From Azolla caroliniana (taxonomy: Eukaryota; Plantae; Polypodiophyta), in the NCBI GenBank assembly GCA_043228905.1, contig JBHGNT010000011.1:14818001-14882000 (forward strand): a stretch of DNA of 64,000 bases. Direction: 5' to 3'. Made by a program: the position numbers and the translations under genes. This document shows positions 23,217 through 37,833 of the stretch, piece after piece. Each line of letters begins with the position of its first letter. The first letter of the stretch is position 1. The notes below the pieces were generated by a model. The model was not told the DNA's origin and searched no databases. It saw only the letters and a program-made list of their open reading frames with translations.

Positions 23217-23645
23217 CTGGAGAAGGAGGAGAGGATAGGTGCTAATATCTTGGGTGTAGGTGACATTAGGTATTAGTTGCTTGAGAGAATGTGAGGGAGT
23301 GAAATCACCAAAATCATCGATGACAACATTAGCATGAGCTTCAACGAGAAGGACGCCTTGTGCATTACAATCGATGTGGATGCGACCATTTGGATGGTCT
23401 GGGAGCAAACGACCCGCCATTGGGTAGAAGGGCACCAAAGCCTTGGCCAATGCATCCTCCAACATTTCGAAATTGAAGAAATCACTATTTTTGTTGATGT
23501 CATGTAAAAGTGGCTTCTTGTAGAAGTAGACACTAGATGTGTGAATTCGTGGGATGACCAAGTCTACATTAGAGTTCCAGAGCACATGATTGGGTGTCTT
23601 GCTTTCTGGCACAACTAGTTTTGCACGTCGAATGTTCACCTCCAT
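23217..23645 (-). CDS. HCT: HCT-like exon 1 (143 aa; whole protein 504 aa)
   Basis: LWNSNVDLVIPRIHT, ALVPFYPMAGRL, IDCNAQGVL; ends LLLLQ|GT at the conserved BAHD Q-intron position. Confidence 0.95.
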
Positions 23646-24314
23646 CCTTGATTATAGTATTTGTTTAAAATATTTTGATTAACCACCCACTTAATCACAT
23701 ATTACAACAATTTAACATAACTGTTATTGTCACACCAATCATTAGTTAATCAATGTATACGCAAAGATTATGTTTGATGCTTCATGTTTATCTTTAACTC
23801 TAGTAATGCTAAATGCAGTAATTCAGGTCTTCGTGATTTGGCTAGTCATTATGGAGTTTTTGTTTTTGAAAACATTCTTCATGGAGTGAGCTTTTGTTGT
23901 CTTTTATATTATATCTATAAAAAATGTTGGGCATTAAGATAGAGAACTCAATTCTCAATTTAGGTTGGATCAATTCTTAATTTAGGTTGGATTAAGATAG
24001 ATAAGAACATTCTAAAACTAGATTTTGCAAGTTTAAATTTACAATGAAAAACATTTAAATAGAGAATCTATTTAAAAAATAATTCTAGCTTCAATTATGC
24101 CTATTTCCCAAATGTATGCCAAATGAGATAGAAAAACTTGACAGATTACAAACTCCCAATGTTCTAAAGATGGTTATTATGATTTGTATAGATATAATTG
24201 CCCATATGACAAAGAGTAAGTACGATATTTACTAGTTTGAAACATGTTGTTATCATGTTATACAAATGTTTTGGGTTCAACTCGACGATCGTAATTGTAA
24301 GTTCATGCTAAATC

Positions 24315-24456
24315 CATACATACATACATACATACATACATACCTACATACCTACATACCTACATACCTACATACCTACATACATACATACATACATACA
24401 TACATACATACATACATACCTACATACATACATACATACCTACCTACATACATACA
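24315..24456. repeat. (TACA/TACC)n microsatellite
   Basis: Direct inspection. Confidence 0.95.
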
Positions 24457-24849
24457 TATTCATAAATGCATACATACATACAGATTCATAAATGAATATA
24501 AAAACAAATACATTTGTGAGTTTGACATTCAAAATTTTCTCTCATCTACACATTGTTCAAATACTCACATATATACAAGTATTCTTAATGATTCATTCAT
24601 TCAGTCATGGATGTAACCAAAACTTGTTTACCTCTAGTTAATGAAAACAACCTGAAAGGTTTACATTTACTGACCTTAGAATTATATATAGAAGAAACAA
24701 CTCTCAATAATGCGCTTTAATGCATAGAAAGTGAGTGAATGAATGAATGATATAAAAGAGCTCGGGAAAGGGTGGGCGGGAGGGGAGAAGAGATAGTCAC
24801 AAAGAGTATTAATATCTCATCATGTTACACAACTATTTATACATGAAAT

Positions 24850-24854
<5 letters not shown>

Positions 24855-24912
<58 letters not shown>
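24855..24912. repeat. (AG)n microsatellite
   Basis: Direct inspection. Confidence 0.95.
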
Positions 24913-24914
<2 letters not shown>

Positions 24915-25136
24915 TTGTATATATTGTTATTTTACTTACAACTGGAGCCAACCCTTTAACTTCAAGCGAGCTTTTTATCATCACACCCTTTAGGCTTTTC
25001 CATAGTGTTACCTTTTATTTCTTATTTTTTAGTTTATATGAGGAAAGCTCCCAAACAAATGTGTTAGGCCCTCTAAGGAAGGTTTGTTACCTTGGGGCAC
25101 ACTACTATTTAGTATGTATATGTACAACCCGATAGA

Positions 25137-26032
25137 ATTATCTCACATAATGTGTGTATATATACATATATATATACAATTAATTTCTGGTTGGCTTATG
25201 TGTCTTGTATCACAAAGATGTATTCTCCTAAGACTTTAGATAATCCACAAGAAACACATTGCTTTGTCCACTTTAGATGATCAACAAGAACCGCATGGGT
25301 TTGAACTAGATTGACAAAACAACTCCTCAGGAAAAAACATCTAATATGAACGCACGTGAATAATTTTCAAAAGAACCTTGTACGAATGTTTTTGGCAATT
25401 TACAATGTACGTATACCAACATCTTCTGTATGCAATTTGTCTTCATCAGAGAGTGGTTTTTATTACTACAAAAAGGTACAAAATCCCATAACCCTTATTT
25501 CATAGAATGATAATGATCAAGTTCTTCGCAAACTTTCCTAGTTAATGTCCTCAAATGGTGCCATCTTGCAACGTGATGAAACACAAGTAAGTATTATCTC
25601 ACATAATGTGTGTGTATACACACACACACACACACACACAATTAATTTCTAGTTGGCTTATGTCCCCTGTATCACAAAGATGTATTCTCCTAAGACTTTA
25701 GATGATCGACAAGAACCGCATGGGTTTGTACTAGATTGACAAAACAACTCCTCGGGGAAAAACATCTAATATGAATGCACGTAAATAATTTTCAAAAGAA
25801 CCTTGTATGAATGTTTTTGGCAATTTACAATGTAATACCAACATCTTCTGTATGCAATTTGTCTTCATCATAGAGTGGTTTTTATTACTACAAAAAAGTA
25901 CAAAATCCCATAACCCTTATTTCATAGAATGATAATGATCAAGTTCTTTGCAAACTTTCCTAGTTAATGTCCTCAAATGGTGCCATGTTCTCTTTTTGGG
26001 TCTTGCAATGTGATGAAACAAAAGTAAGTATT
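25137..26032. repeat. tandem duplication, period ~456 bp
   Basis: ATTATCTCACATAATGTG starts at 25137 and 25593; bodies collinear with small indels. Confidence 0.92.
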
Positions 26033-28074
26033 TGGGGTTTTTATTGGATTTATAGTTATGTAGTTGGAAATGATGGTGTGCTCCTATATAATGTGCAAAG
26101 ACATTTTCTACACGATTTTTAGTATCAAAGAGGGTACATTAATATAATTGTCTTGCAAGGACTTTTTTGTGAGATTTTTATTTGAGATAATGGAATGCAA
26201 AAGTTTGCCAAAGAGAGTATATTACAACAAAAACCTTTACTAATTATCTTAAACTTCAAGATAATAGATCTCACCATAATGAGACTTGGGAGGGAGTTGC
26301 GTTGATCCACAACAAGCAAGCATATGAAGTTTGCATGTTTGGAGTCCCAATCCCTAAAAATTAAAGACAGCAAAGCTAATAAAGTCGTATTCTCCAATAA
26401 ACAATTAGAAATGGTCCCAACGTTAATATGACAGCAAATCTTAACTGATTATATACAAACATTTGATGTATTGCTTTCATGGGCAAGAATATTATACTTC
26501 AAATCAATACAATTGTTTGGAAGACGTTCTTTGGAAACGATGGTTGACATATTCACTCAATGTTATGTCTCTTAGATCTTACAATAGCGTCATTACTTAA
26601 TATTGAATACCCTTCACTCAAACATGATTATTGTTATTTTGAGGGTTTGTTTTAGTTGACTTTGTCTAGAACTTTCTTTATGTATGAAAGAGCATGATCA
26701 CTAATATTTCAGGTCTATTGGTGCCTCAAAAATATAATCATGTGGTCAAAACTTATTCACTCGGTCAAGCACGTCAACTATATATATATATACTTTCTTT
26801 TTCTCGGGGAAATAATCTAGGAAGCCCATGCTAATGGCAAACATAATTCCCTATCAGGGCATTCCTCTTTCCAAATGGTTCAAATGGTTCCTCTTTCCAA
26901 ACATTGGCCTCTTTTTTAGGTAGGCCTACACTTGGGATTGAAACAAGAAGTATTACCATTATTTGACATATGTTAGGGTTTCCTTGCACAAATAATCTTG
27001 GAATTGTATACCCTCTTTAAGCGCTCTCGTTTAACCCTCACACTTATCCACGTGTATAGAATACTATGATAAATTCTCACCACGGGATATTATATGGTCA
27101 TGCCCGTAACAATAATAATCACCAATAAGTGCTCATGATATCGATATGAACTTTGAGGGTGAGAATTTAGAAGGTAGCATCTCATGGCTTATTGGCCACC
27201 ATATTGTTAGTGACATTAATTGATGTGCCATTGCGCTTGATTGAGCCTGAATTTCTATTAGTAATGTGCCAACATGTGATGCAAAACAATAATTCATGTG
27301 GAAAGATCTTGCTTGTTTAATGCAATTTTCCTTCAAAATAACATTCACTTAGTGAATGTTGGTGATCAATAATTAGGCATATTTAACATTAGCCAATAGA
27401 GTAAAACATTCATATGTAGGGAAAGTTAATGTTTCTACCTACGAGAGAAAGACTTTGCACTTCTCAATCACTTGTGTGGAAGTGGTGTCATTATGAATTT
27501 TAATTTTTGAAGTTACTCATCCTTATGATAATAATAGGTTGGTATATTTAATTACAAGCGAGCACAAATAGTCCCAACTTAAACTCTACAACTTCTGAAT
27601 ATAACCTTTAACTAGGTTGGTTGTTACTAGCATGATGTGTTAGAAAGATCTATTTAACAACCTCACTTTTTAAGTGAACATTTTGTGACTTTACAATGTA
27701 AGCTTAAAGGAAACTCAAAGTAGATAGAATCCTTCCAACATACAACATTACATGTATACACACAAAAATCCACATCTTTCACATACATAAATACATACAT
27801 ATATTATGCATAACAAACAAAGCAAGGTGGGAGTAAATGGATCTATCCATGAATAGTCAATTGGGTTCCATGCCAACCTAAACCAAGGCTGCTTACTATA
27901 AACCCACAACTTCCAATGGGACTGTACGTCCTTTATCCATGGGTCAATATACCATTTGCGATCGGCATATCCTAGTACTCTTATTTTGTGTTCTAACGTA
28001 CAATGATAATTGATTGTCACTTCCATCAAAGAGGACAACCAACATCAAAAGACTGAAAGGTCCTATCCTGGAAG

Positions 28075-28515
28075 TAATCCTTTACAACCAAGATTACCCT
28101 CTCAAAAAATTTCCAATATTGTGTGTAGATAGGCAAACACATATTGCTTAGTTCTCGAGAAGTTACACAAACAACATTTCAATAGTAGAGTCAACATGGC
28201 CTTACTCCAAAGTTTCTTACTAATCCTTTACAACCAAGATTACCCTCTCAAAAAATTTCCAATATTGTGTGCAGATAGGCAAACACATATTGCTTAGTTC
28301 TCGAGAAGTTACACAAACAACATTTCAATAGTAGAGTCAACATGGACTTACTCCAAAGTTTCTTACTAATCCTTTACAACCAAGATTACCCTCTCAAAAA
28401 ATTTCCAATATTGTGTGCAGATAGGCAAACACATATTGCTTAGTTCTTGAGACATTACACAAACAACATTTCAATAGTAGCGTCAACATGGTCTTACTCC
28501 AAAGTTTTTTACTAA
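28075..28515. repeat. three tandem copies of a 146-bp unit
   Basis: TAATCCTTTACAACC at 28075, 28221 and 28367. Confidence 0.95.
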
Positions 28516-29139
28516 GTTTTGGAGAAAGCTATGTACGTGAAAGAGAGCAATGTTAAGCGCTTGGATCGCACCATGATCCGTTGTGAAAAAGGGTGCATCA
28601 ACAAAGACCTTGTACGGCTAAAGGATCCACGAAGAGGAAATAGCAAGAAAATCAAGGGAAAGGGAAGCTAATAGGTGGGTAAGTGTGAAAGGGTTATACC
28701 CTATATGTAAAACCTATATAAACCACATTGTGGTGTCTTTGTAAGGGTTCTTCCATTTGTAAAGATCTCCCTAGTGATTAAGAGCTCAAGCTTCTTCTTC
28801 TCTTCTTGTAACCTTTAAGTCTAAGAGAGATTAGTGATAATACTTAATAGAGAAACACTAATCTATCTTGTTGGTGCTAGACCTCTTAGCCATAGGGGTA
28901 ATAAAGATATTCTTTGTTTCTGTTGTCTATGAGAGCGAGTGTGAGAGAGTGAGAGAGATATCATTCTTAATCATCATTTAATCGTTAAGTGAGTGTGAAG
29001 CTCGAAGGTGTTCGACAACCATCTTCACTCGATTCGCCACCAAAAGAGTATATACGCCGGTTCGAGCTCCGCAAACGACATCAAGGAGGAATTAACTCCG
29101 TTGAGACATAGATCCTACACAAGCAATCACCCCAAATAC

Positions 29140-29934
29140 TTCAGATTTTCCCACGCACCCTTCGGTGTTTTTGCATCCCGAACGTAGCTTAATAGCTGTT
29201 CGCCCACAAAAGACACGAAACAGTACAACACTCTGCTCGCCGATTGTTCCCACGCCGGGAAGTCTTTGTGTGTCGAATCGGGTGCTGTGTCATTTGCTCC
29301 ATCGACATAGCTCTAGTAATCGTGTCCGAGCAGGTACTGGTGCATCTTGTAGGACCAAGATGCGTAGTTGGTTTTGTCGAGCTTCTCCATCGGAAACGAG
29401 CTAGCCATTCCTCTGTCCATCGGTTTTCTTGTTCTTCTTCGTTGGTTTTTCCTTCAAGCAAAGTCGACTGCAGAGGTTCTCAACCCTCGCGCTCTGATAC
29501 CATGAAAAGAATGGCGTGCGGAAGCAATATAGGAAACCGAACAACAGAAAACGCAGGTTTAATGGAAAGGTTAGGTTTGCATAGTACGCACGGGAGAGAT
29601 AGAGAGAGAGTAAACACAAGAACTTAATTCAAAAATAATACTCGATCTGTACATCGTGTGTGTTCAATGAACACTTTTATACAAGTCCTTTTCGGACTGA
29701 CAGAAGTATTGACAGTACTTCAATGCTCATTGAGGAGCCCCTACACTAACTCCCAAATATATTCCTTGTGGAATATCTTTCCGATGGCCTCCCGGTTTTC
29801 ACACCGATCTGGCCTTCCTACGCACCAGTCTGCGTACCGGTTTCCAACCGAACCGGCCTAACCGATCGGTCCCAACCGATCCGGTCCTCGGCTTGCTCAG
29901 CCGATCCGGCCGATGTTGAGCTTGTCTCTCAACA
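29140..29934 (-). mobile_element. truncated copia G (B-related): 5' LTR 29503-29934, iMet PBS 29491-29502, gag start
   Basis: PBS adjacent to LTR; gag homologous to 7080-7356. Confidence 0.88.
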
Positions 29935-30312
29935 CTTTAAATCCTAGGAATTGAGACAACCCATAAGGGCCAAGTGTGAACTTGCATGGGGGCCTCAGGT
30001 CTGGCTAAAAATATGAGGCTTAACTACCCTCGTTAGGAGATCATTGGAATACGTCGAGACTTTGATCTTGTAGCAATCACACAAGTACCAGGTATGACTC
30101 GATGCCATGTCCTTTTGGAATTGTCCTTCTAGAATGCCCCACTTGACAACACCCCAAATGATCACACAATTAGCATGTGTCAATAACAGGAGATGTTAAA
30201 CTCTCTTCCACACATGCTTAATTTTAGGACAACCACATGAATTAAAATATGCTTGCCATAACCAGGCCCAAACAAGTAATGCATAATGCATCAACAACCA
30301 ACAAAAAAGTAA

Positions 30313-30825
30313 TGTTGGGAATTCGGTCCCTCCCGATGGGATCCGGATGAGAACCGGATGAACCGGACCGGACGGATCTGGAAAGTATCCGGATGAATCC
30401 GGTGTGAACCGGATCCAGGGACATATCTATAAATATGTTTCTGATGTGCCTATCATGGCTATATTTGTAAATAGTCCTAAAGTCATATAAGTATAAATAT
30501 GACTTAGGGCAATCAATTTATGTGTTGTTGTCATTATTGTTGTATAGTGTGGAGAGAGATACAGAAAGGATTTTCTGTTGTAACCACCTGTTCGGCAAAG
30601 GCATAGAGCTCGAGGTCGTTGCCTCTGAGTCTCGTGTTCAAACCTTTTATTCTCATAGTGATAGTTGGATTCTGTGGGCTCCCTTGGTTTTTTTCCCTAT
30701 TAGGGTTTTCCACGCAAACATCCTATGTCCTCTTTGTTGTTTGTGTAAGTGTATTAATCTCCATTTCTGTTTAGATCTTCCATTGAGTGTTCAGCTCGGT
30801 TGTGGCCGAGTGTCTATTCCTCACA
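30313..30825 (+). repeat. 5' LTR of copia H
   Basis: TG...CA, followed by AAC and TGGTATCAGAGC. Confidence 0.92.
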
Positions 30826-31998
30826 AACTGGTATCAGAGCGAAGGTTCTAAACCTTGATGAAAAAAAATGGAAGAGTCATTCGGAAGCATGTTCAAAATC
30901 ACCGGCTCCAACTATCTAGTGTGGAAGTCGAAGATGAGGGACATGTTTGTGGTCAAAGAGCTCTGGCTGTCGGTATAGTTCGGGGACAAGAAATCAAACA
31001 AGATCGATGCCACGACGTGGGAGGTGATGCACATGAAGACGGCGGCATACATACGGTGCTTCATCGACATGAGCCTGTACAACAACTTCAATGAAGAGAG
31101 CAAGGCTCATGTGCTTTGGGTGAAAATCGGCACCATGCTGGAGAGTAAAAATGCCATAAATTGGGTTTCGGTATTCCGGAAGTTAGTGAGACTCTAGTAC
31201 CAAGACGGATCCAACATGGCGGAGCACATGAATACATTCTAGGGACTCATAAATCAAACAACCTCGCTGGAAGTACCCCTAGCCGATGAGGTACTCGCGT
31301 TGCCACTACTCGGTTCCCTCACGGATAGTTGGGAGACACTAGTTGTCACTTTGGGCAATGCCGGGCCGGAAGGAAAACAACTGTCCCTAACAAGGGTAAA
31401 ATCAAGCTTGCTTGATGAAGAAGCTTGCTAGAAGGACCGAGAGTCCGGAACCAATCGGAAAACCTTGGTCACGGAAGATGACCATAACCGGGGAAGAGGC
31501 CGGATTCAGAGTCCTCAATACCGGGACAAATCGGGACGAGGTCGAAGTCAAGGGGAGGCCCGCTTGCTTTTATTGTGGAAAGCCGGGGCACTTCCAGAAG
31601 AACTGCCGACACTTCTGGAAATCCAAAGGGGGAGCCGACACTCCGGAACCGAAGAAGATTTCGGAAAGGAGAGGAACGTCGGTGATCGTGACAAGTGAAG
31701 AAGAACTACTGCTAATCACCGAGGAGAGTGAGTTGCATCTTGTCAGTGACGAAATGACATGGGTGGTCGACTCCGGAGTGTCACTCCACCTGACTCTCGA
31801 CCAAAAGTGCTTCTCATTGTACAGAGCCGGAGATCACGGTTCTGTCCGGATAGGAAATGAAGGTGCATGCCGAATTATCTACATGGGAGATGTGTGGTTG
31901 ACAACATCAACCGGGTGCAAGATATTGTTGAAAGATATCCGACACGTTCTGGAGGTTCGGTTGAACCTGATATTAGCCAGCTGGCTGGATGACGAAGG

Positions 31999-32686
31999 TG
32001 CTGAGAAACGAATTGTCAATCCACAAGAAAAGGAACATGCTGAAATACACAACTTTGAAACACAAAAAACACTGTACACATATTTAACGTGGAAAACCCT
32101 AAGGCGGGAGAAAACCACGGAGAACGGAGCTTCACTATACAATGGATATACAACAATGAGATCAGAGTACAACACTCTCTACATAGAGTGTAAACAGCCT
32201 CATAGGGCTCTTGGCGTATGTTGTTTCTAAAACATAGCTATGGCGCTGTTCACTCACTCACGCTCCCACACACTCTCTTCTCTATCACGCTATGCTACAG
32301 AGGCTCACCCATATATATCCATGTTCTGTTTTCCCTAGGTGTATTTATACTAATATACAGAATAGGCTATTTACAATCATGGCCGTTATTATTATCCAAT
32401 AATAATAATAATAGTCTTACTAATCAACCGACTCATTTGTCGACTGTCGGGTCGGTCCGACTAGTCGGCTTGGTCATCAACCATCCGGTCGGCCCAACTA
32501 GCAAGTCGTGTCTTCGACCTCGATCAACTCTCTTTTGAGTCGACTCCTCAACTGTCGGCCCTCATCCGATCAGTCGGCTACTCCCTGTCTTTGACTATCG
32601 GCTCTCTTCGAGCAGTCGGCTCTCTTCGAGCAGTCGGCTCTCTTCGAGCAATCGGCTCTTCCCACTAGAGGGACATATTCCTAACA
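31999..32686 (-). repeat. 3' LTR of copia I
   Basis: Direct repeat of 37183-37833. Confidence 0.92.
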
Positions 32687-34177
32687 AACTCCCCCATCAC
32701 TCATGTGGGGAGGATTCTGTTATTCCTATCCTCTGTCGACAGACTCTAAGTCGGTCCATCGGTAGTTTCTTTGTCAGCATGTCGGATCCATTGTCGTCAG
32801 TATGGATCTTCACGAGGGAAAACTCTCCTTCTTTGATTTTCTCTCGTAACCAGTGATACCTTCTCTGTATGTGCTTGGTTCGGGAGTGGTATGCAACATT
32901 CTTGGCTAGATTTATGGCACTCTAGTTGTCACAATGAAGCAAGAAATCCCTTTGCTTCATCCCCAATTCGCTGAGAAAGTTTCTCATCCAAATCAGCTCC
33001 TTGCCGGCCTCTACCGCTGCCATGTACTCTGCCTCTGTGGTCGACAAGGACATAGACTTCTGTAGTCGTGACTGCCACGACACTCCTCCCCCTGCATAGG
33101 TCATCACGTACCCTGATGTGGATCGGCTTGAGTCTACATCCCCTGACATGTTTGAGTCGGTAAACCCTTTGAACATGGTTTTCCGACACCATACTTAAGA
33201 CACACACCCAAGGTGCCTTTTAAGTACCCGAGTATCCATTTCACCGCTGCCCAGTGTCCTCGTCCTGGATTACTCATGTCTTATTGTTCCCACAACAAAA
33301 GCTATGTCTGGTCTCGTGTAGACCATAGCATACATTAGATTGCCGACAACTGAGGCATATGGTACTTTCCTCATCTCAACCTTTTCTTTCTCCCCTCTCG
33401 GGCATTGCTTTGCATTTAGCTTGCAGTTAGTTGGTAACACCGAGCCGACCGGCTTTGCTTCCGACATGTTGAATCTTTCTAGGAACTTAGTCACGTATTT
33501 CTCTTGTGACAACCACACCACTTTCTTAGTTCTATCTCGAACTATGTGCATCCCTAAGATCAGTTTAGCCGGTCCAAGATCTTTCATGGCAAATGATTTG
33601 CCTAGAGCTTTCTTCAAGCTTCAGATCTTCCTTGTATCTTGGCTGACTATCAACATGTCATCTACATATAACAAGAGAATCAAGAAGTCCCCTTCATCAT
33701 ACCTTTTGACGAACACACAATGATCGACCTGTGTTTTTTGGAACCTATGTTCCATCATGAAGGACTCGAACTTCTTGTACCATTGGCGTGGAGCTTGTTT
33801 CAACCCATACAAACTTTTCTTCAGTTGACAGAACAAGTTCACTTTCCCTTTCTCCTCAAAACCTTTGGGCTGCTACATGTAAATCTCTTCATCCAGCTCC
33901 CCGTGCAAGAATGTTGTCTTGACATCCAATTGTTCGATCTCTAGATCCATACTGGCAACTGTGCTCAGAACAGTTCTAATGGATGTCATCATCACGATTG
34001 GAGCGAATATTTCGTCAAAGTTGACACCCTTTTTCTATTGGAACCCCTTCACTACTATGCGGGCTTTATACCTAGGCACATTGTTGACTTCTCAAGTCTT
34101 CACCCTGTAGACCCATTTATACTTGAGTGCTCTCTTACCTTTCGACAACTCTACTAGGTCGTAGGTATAATTCTCGT

Positions 34178-34724
34178 TGTCGTGAAGATTTTCGTCCATA
34201 GGCGGAAACCGGGGTGGAATAGGCAAGTTAGTGGTGTGCTACATGTGCACATGTAAACTAGGATATGGTGTATAGAAAGAGAGGGGAAATTTTATCCCAC
34301 ATTGTAAGGTCCCTCCCTCCTTGGGCTATAAAAGGAAGGGAGGGGTCACTTATGAAGGGTTGCCTATTTTGAGGGAGAGAGGCATACCACTTAGGTCGAG
34401 GGTTTCCTATTCGGTTTTAGGGTTTTGGTTAGGGTTTTCTTCTTGGGTTTTCCTTTAGGGTTTTCTTATAGTCGTTTGGTGCGGCCATGGCGGCCACCAT
34501 TGTAAAGCGTTTATGTTTTCTTAATAGAACTTCTTGTTGAGTATCTTGACTCCATCTTCTTCATCTTCTTCTTCTTCTTCTATCATAATGTCATATTCGT
34601 TCTCTTCTCCTCTTGAGCTATGAGCTAATCTTCCATTCGTTATCTTAACCTTTCTCCTCTTCTCCCTAGTCCAAGACCCCCGTGGTCCCGCCCCTTCCAC
34701 ACGCACGCGCGAAACTTCGCGACA
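34178..34724 (+). mobile_element. gypsy-family solo LTR (547 bp) inserted in the RT start of copia I
   Basis: TGTCGTGAAG...CTTCGCGACA termini, TATAAAAG, 4-bp TSD TCGT restoring DSLYENYTY. Confidence 0.9.
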
Positions 34725-37182
34725 TCGTACAAAGAATCCATCTCATCTTGCATCGTGCTCAGCCATTTCTCTTTGTGCTTGTTGGCAAGGACTTCAGCAT
34801 AGCACTCTAGCTCACCTTCATCAGTCAAGAGGATGTATTGACTGACATATGTTGTTGGTGCTCTCCTTTCTTTGAGTGGGTATCTCCTTCCACTCATTGT
34901 GGCTTCAATTTGGATGTCTCTGCCGACTCTACTCTTGGCTCAAGTTCATGTATGTTGATCGACTTCTCAAGGTTGGAAGACTCCAACTCATATTCCTCGA
35001 TCGATCTTAATAGCTTTGCCGACTCAGACTCATAGTCGATTCTGACTTCTGTTGCTTCCAGTCCTCTATGGTCTTGTTTTCCAAGAAGACTACGTCCCGA
35101 CTCCTCACTACCTTCTTGTCGACTAGGTCCCATAGCCTATAGCCAAACTCATCTTCCGAGTATCCCATGAATATGCATGGTTTCAACTTACTGTCGAGCT
35201 TTGATCTCTGATCGTTAACTACATGCATGTACACTAGGCATCCGAACACCCTCAGGTGTCGGTAGGAGACATCCTTTCCTGTTCACACCCTTTGTGGGAC
35301 ATCACCTTTCAACAGTACTGAGGGGAACCTGTTGATAAAATAAACAACCGTGTACGTCGCCTCAACCCAATATATTTTTGGCAGTTTAGCATGCGACAAC
35401 ATGATCCTTACTCTCTCCATGATTGTTCGATGCATCCTCTCTGCAAGCCCGTTCAATTCAGGGGTCTTCGGTATTGTGTATTCGATTCGAATACCTTGGG
35501 ACTTGCAATATTCCTCGAACTACCCTTTATATTCGCCACTATTGTCGGATCGGCAACCTTCAACTTCTGACATGACTCCCATTCAGCTCTTGCCTGGAAC
35601 TCCTTGAAAAATGATTGTACTTGATCTTTTGACTTTAGTACGAAAGCCCACAACTTCCGACTGTAGTCGTCAATGAAAGTCACAAAGTACTGTTTGCCTC
35701 AATGCAATGGAGCATCTACATAACACACATCCGTGTGTACCAGTTCCAGTGTAGCTTCTCTTCTTCTTGGTGGCCGTGTGTGGAATGCTGCTCTGTTCTG
35801 CTTTCTAACTAAGCAGTCGATGCACTTCTGCAAGTGCACTCCCTTTACTTCTGGTTGGTAAATATATACAACCTTCTCACTCATGTGGCCCAACCTCTTA
35901 TGCCATATCTGTCCTGCCGAGTCGGCTGACACATTCACTTCTGACTTGCACAATCGGGCTTGCATCATATACAATGTGTCTTCCTTCTGTGCTCGGGCTA
36001 CTATAAGATTTCGTCGGCAGAACTTCCACTTGCCATTCCGAAAACTACCATTGTAGCCTTCGTCGTCAAGTCTTCCAGTCGATATCAGATTCAATCTGAT
36101 ATTGGGGACGTGTTGAACATCCTTTAGAGTCAGTTGACACCCTGTTGATGTCGTCAGGCAAACATTTTTGATTCCGGCTATCTTGCACTCCTCACTGTTA
36201 CCCATCTTTACATAACCATGATCACCAACTATGTAAGACGAGAAATACTCTCTCGACACAATTATGTGGAAGGATGCACTGAAGTCGATCACCCAAGTGC
36301 ATTCTTCGCTTGCAAGATTTGCATTTGTCTGTTCACAAATGAACAAAAGTTCTTCATTGCTCGTAGCAATGGCTGAAGTGTAGTTTTCTTTAGGAATTTT
36401 CCTGGGTTTGACATTATTACCGACACTCTTTTCCTTTTTAAGGTGTCGGCTGTCTTTCTGGAAATGTCCACACTTTCCACAATAAAAGCACACGAGCTTT
36501 CCTCTGGACTTTGACCTGGCTTGAGACTTTTTTCTCCTTGGTGGACTCCTTTGCCGATTCCTTCCTCTGCCGATGTGTTGAGTCAAATTTGACTCCGACT
36601 GGACTAGGACACCCTTGTCCTTCCTTCTCGCTTCCTCATTCAAGTTCTCTTCTTGACAAGAGGTGCTGAGAGTAACCACTAGGTTCTCCTAGCTATCCGG
36701 CAGTGTGCACATCAACACGATGGGCTGCATAGCATCATCAAGGGGAAATATGGTTGCAACAAGTTGATTTACATACCCCATGAATGTGTTGTTCGATGAT
36801 GCTCTCACCGTCTATATATTTCAGCCGTACGATCTTTCTCATTAGTGAGGTTTTATTGAGGGCGTTCTTCCCCTCATATAGACCTGATAGCTTCTGCCAC
36901 ATCTCGTGGGCATTTGTGTCGTTCGCCACATGCTGAAGGACACTTACATCAACGCACTATCGGATGGTGGCCACCGCCTTTCTGTTAAAAAGTTTCCATT
37001 CCGACTCTAATACCCCCGTAGGTATTTCTGCTCTGTCGATCGGTTCGCACAAGTCTTTGACTATGAGAAGGTCCTCCATCTTTATCTTCCAGTCTGCATA
37101 GTTCTGAGAGCTTAGAACTATCATTCCTAGGAAGCCACTCACACCTCCTTCCATGCTTGCACCTCAAGCTCTGATACCAGTT

Positions 37183-37833
37183 TGCTGAGAAATGAATCAT
37201 CAATCCACAAGAAAAGGAATATGCTGAAATACACAACTCTGAAACACAGAAAACAGTGTACACAGATTTAACGTGGAAAACCCTAAATCAGGAGAAAACC
37301 ATAGAGAACGGAGCTTCACTATACAGTGGATATACAACAACGAGATTAGAGTACAACACTCTCTACATAGAGTGTAAACAGCCTCGCAGGGATCTTGGCG
37401 TATGTTGTTTCTAAAACATAGCTATGGCGCCGTTCACTCACTCACGCTCCCACACACTCTCTTGTGTATCGCGCTACGCTACAGAGGCTCACCCATATAT
37501 ATCCATTTTTTGTTTTCCCTAGGTGTATTTATACTAATACACAGAATGGAATATTTACAATCATGGCCATTATTATTATCCAATAATAATAATAATAGTC
37601 TTACTAATTAGCCGACTCATTTGTCGACTGTCGGGTCGGTCCGACTAGTCGGCCTGGTCATCGACCATCCGGTCGGCCCGACTAGCAAGTTGTGTCTTCG
37701 ACCTAGATCAACTCTCTCTGAGTCAACTCCTCAACCGTCGGGTCTCATCCGATCAGTCGGCTGTTCCTTGTCTTCGACTGTCGGCTCTCTCTGAGTAGTT
37801 GGCTCCTCCCACTGGAGGGACATATTCCTAATA
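37183..37833 (-). repeat. 5' LTR of copia I
   Basis: Adjacent to PBS; TSD GAAGG follows. Confidence 0.92.

Larger units (their letters stand above)
31999..37833 (-). mobile_element. Ty1/copia element I (Tork-like), full-length but degenerate, nested in H
   Basis: LTRs 31999-32686 and 37183-37833, PBS 37168-37179, PPT right of 32686, exact 5-bp TSD GAAGG; gag-pol remnants 37154 to 32701. Confidence 0.94.

Noticed and set aside
24266-24616. 116-aa YIHT-repeat ORF
   Set aside because: Translation of the (TACA)n microsatellite
26100-28040. Possible decayed LINE on the minus strand (GLGLQ and Trp-rich fragments)
   Set aside because: Too degenerate to support without a profile search
28551-29130. 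LTR-like segment (TG start, TATA, GA-rich) abutting truncated copia G
   Set aside because: No second copy, PBS, PPT or TSD identifiable in the window
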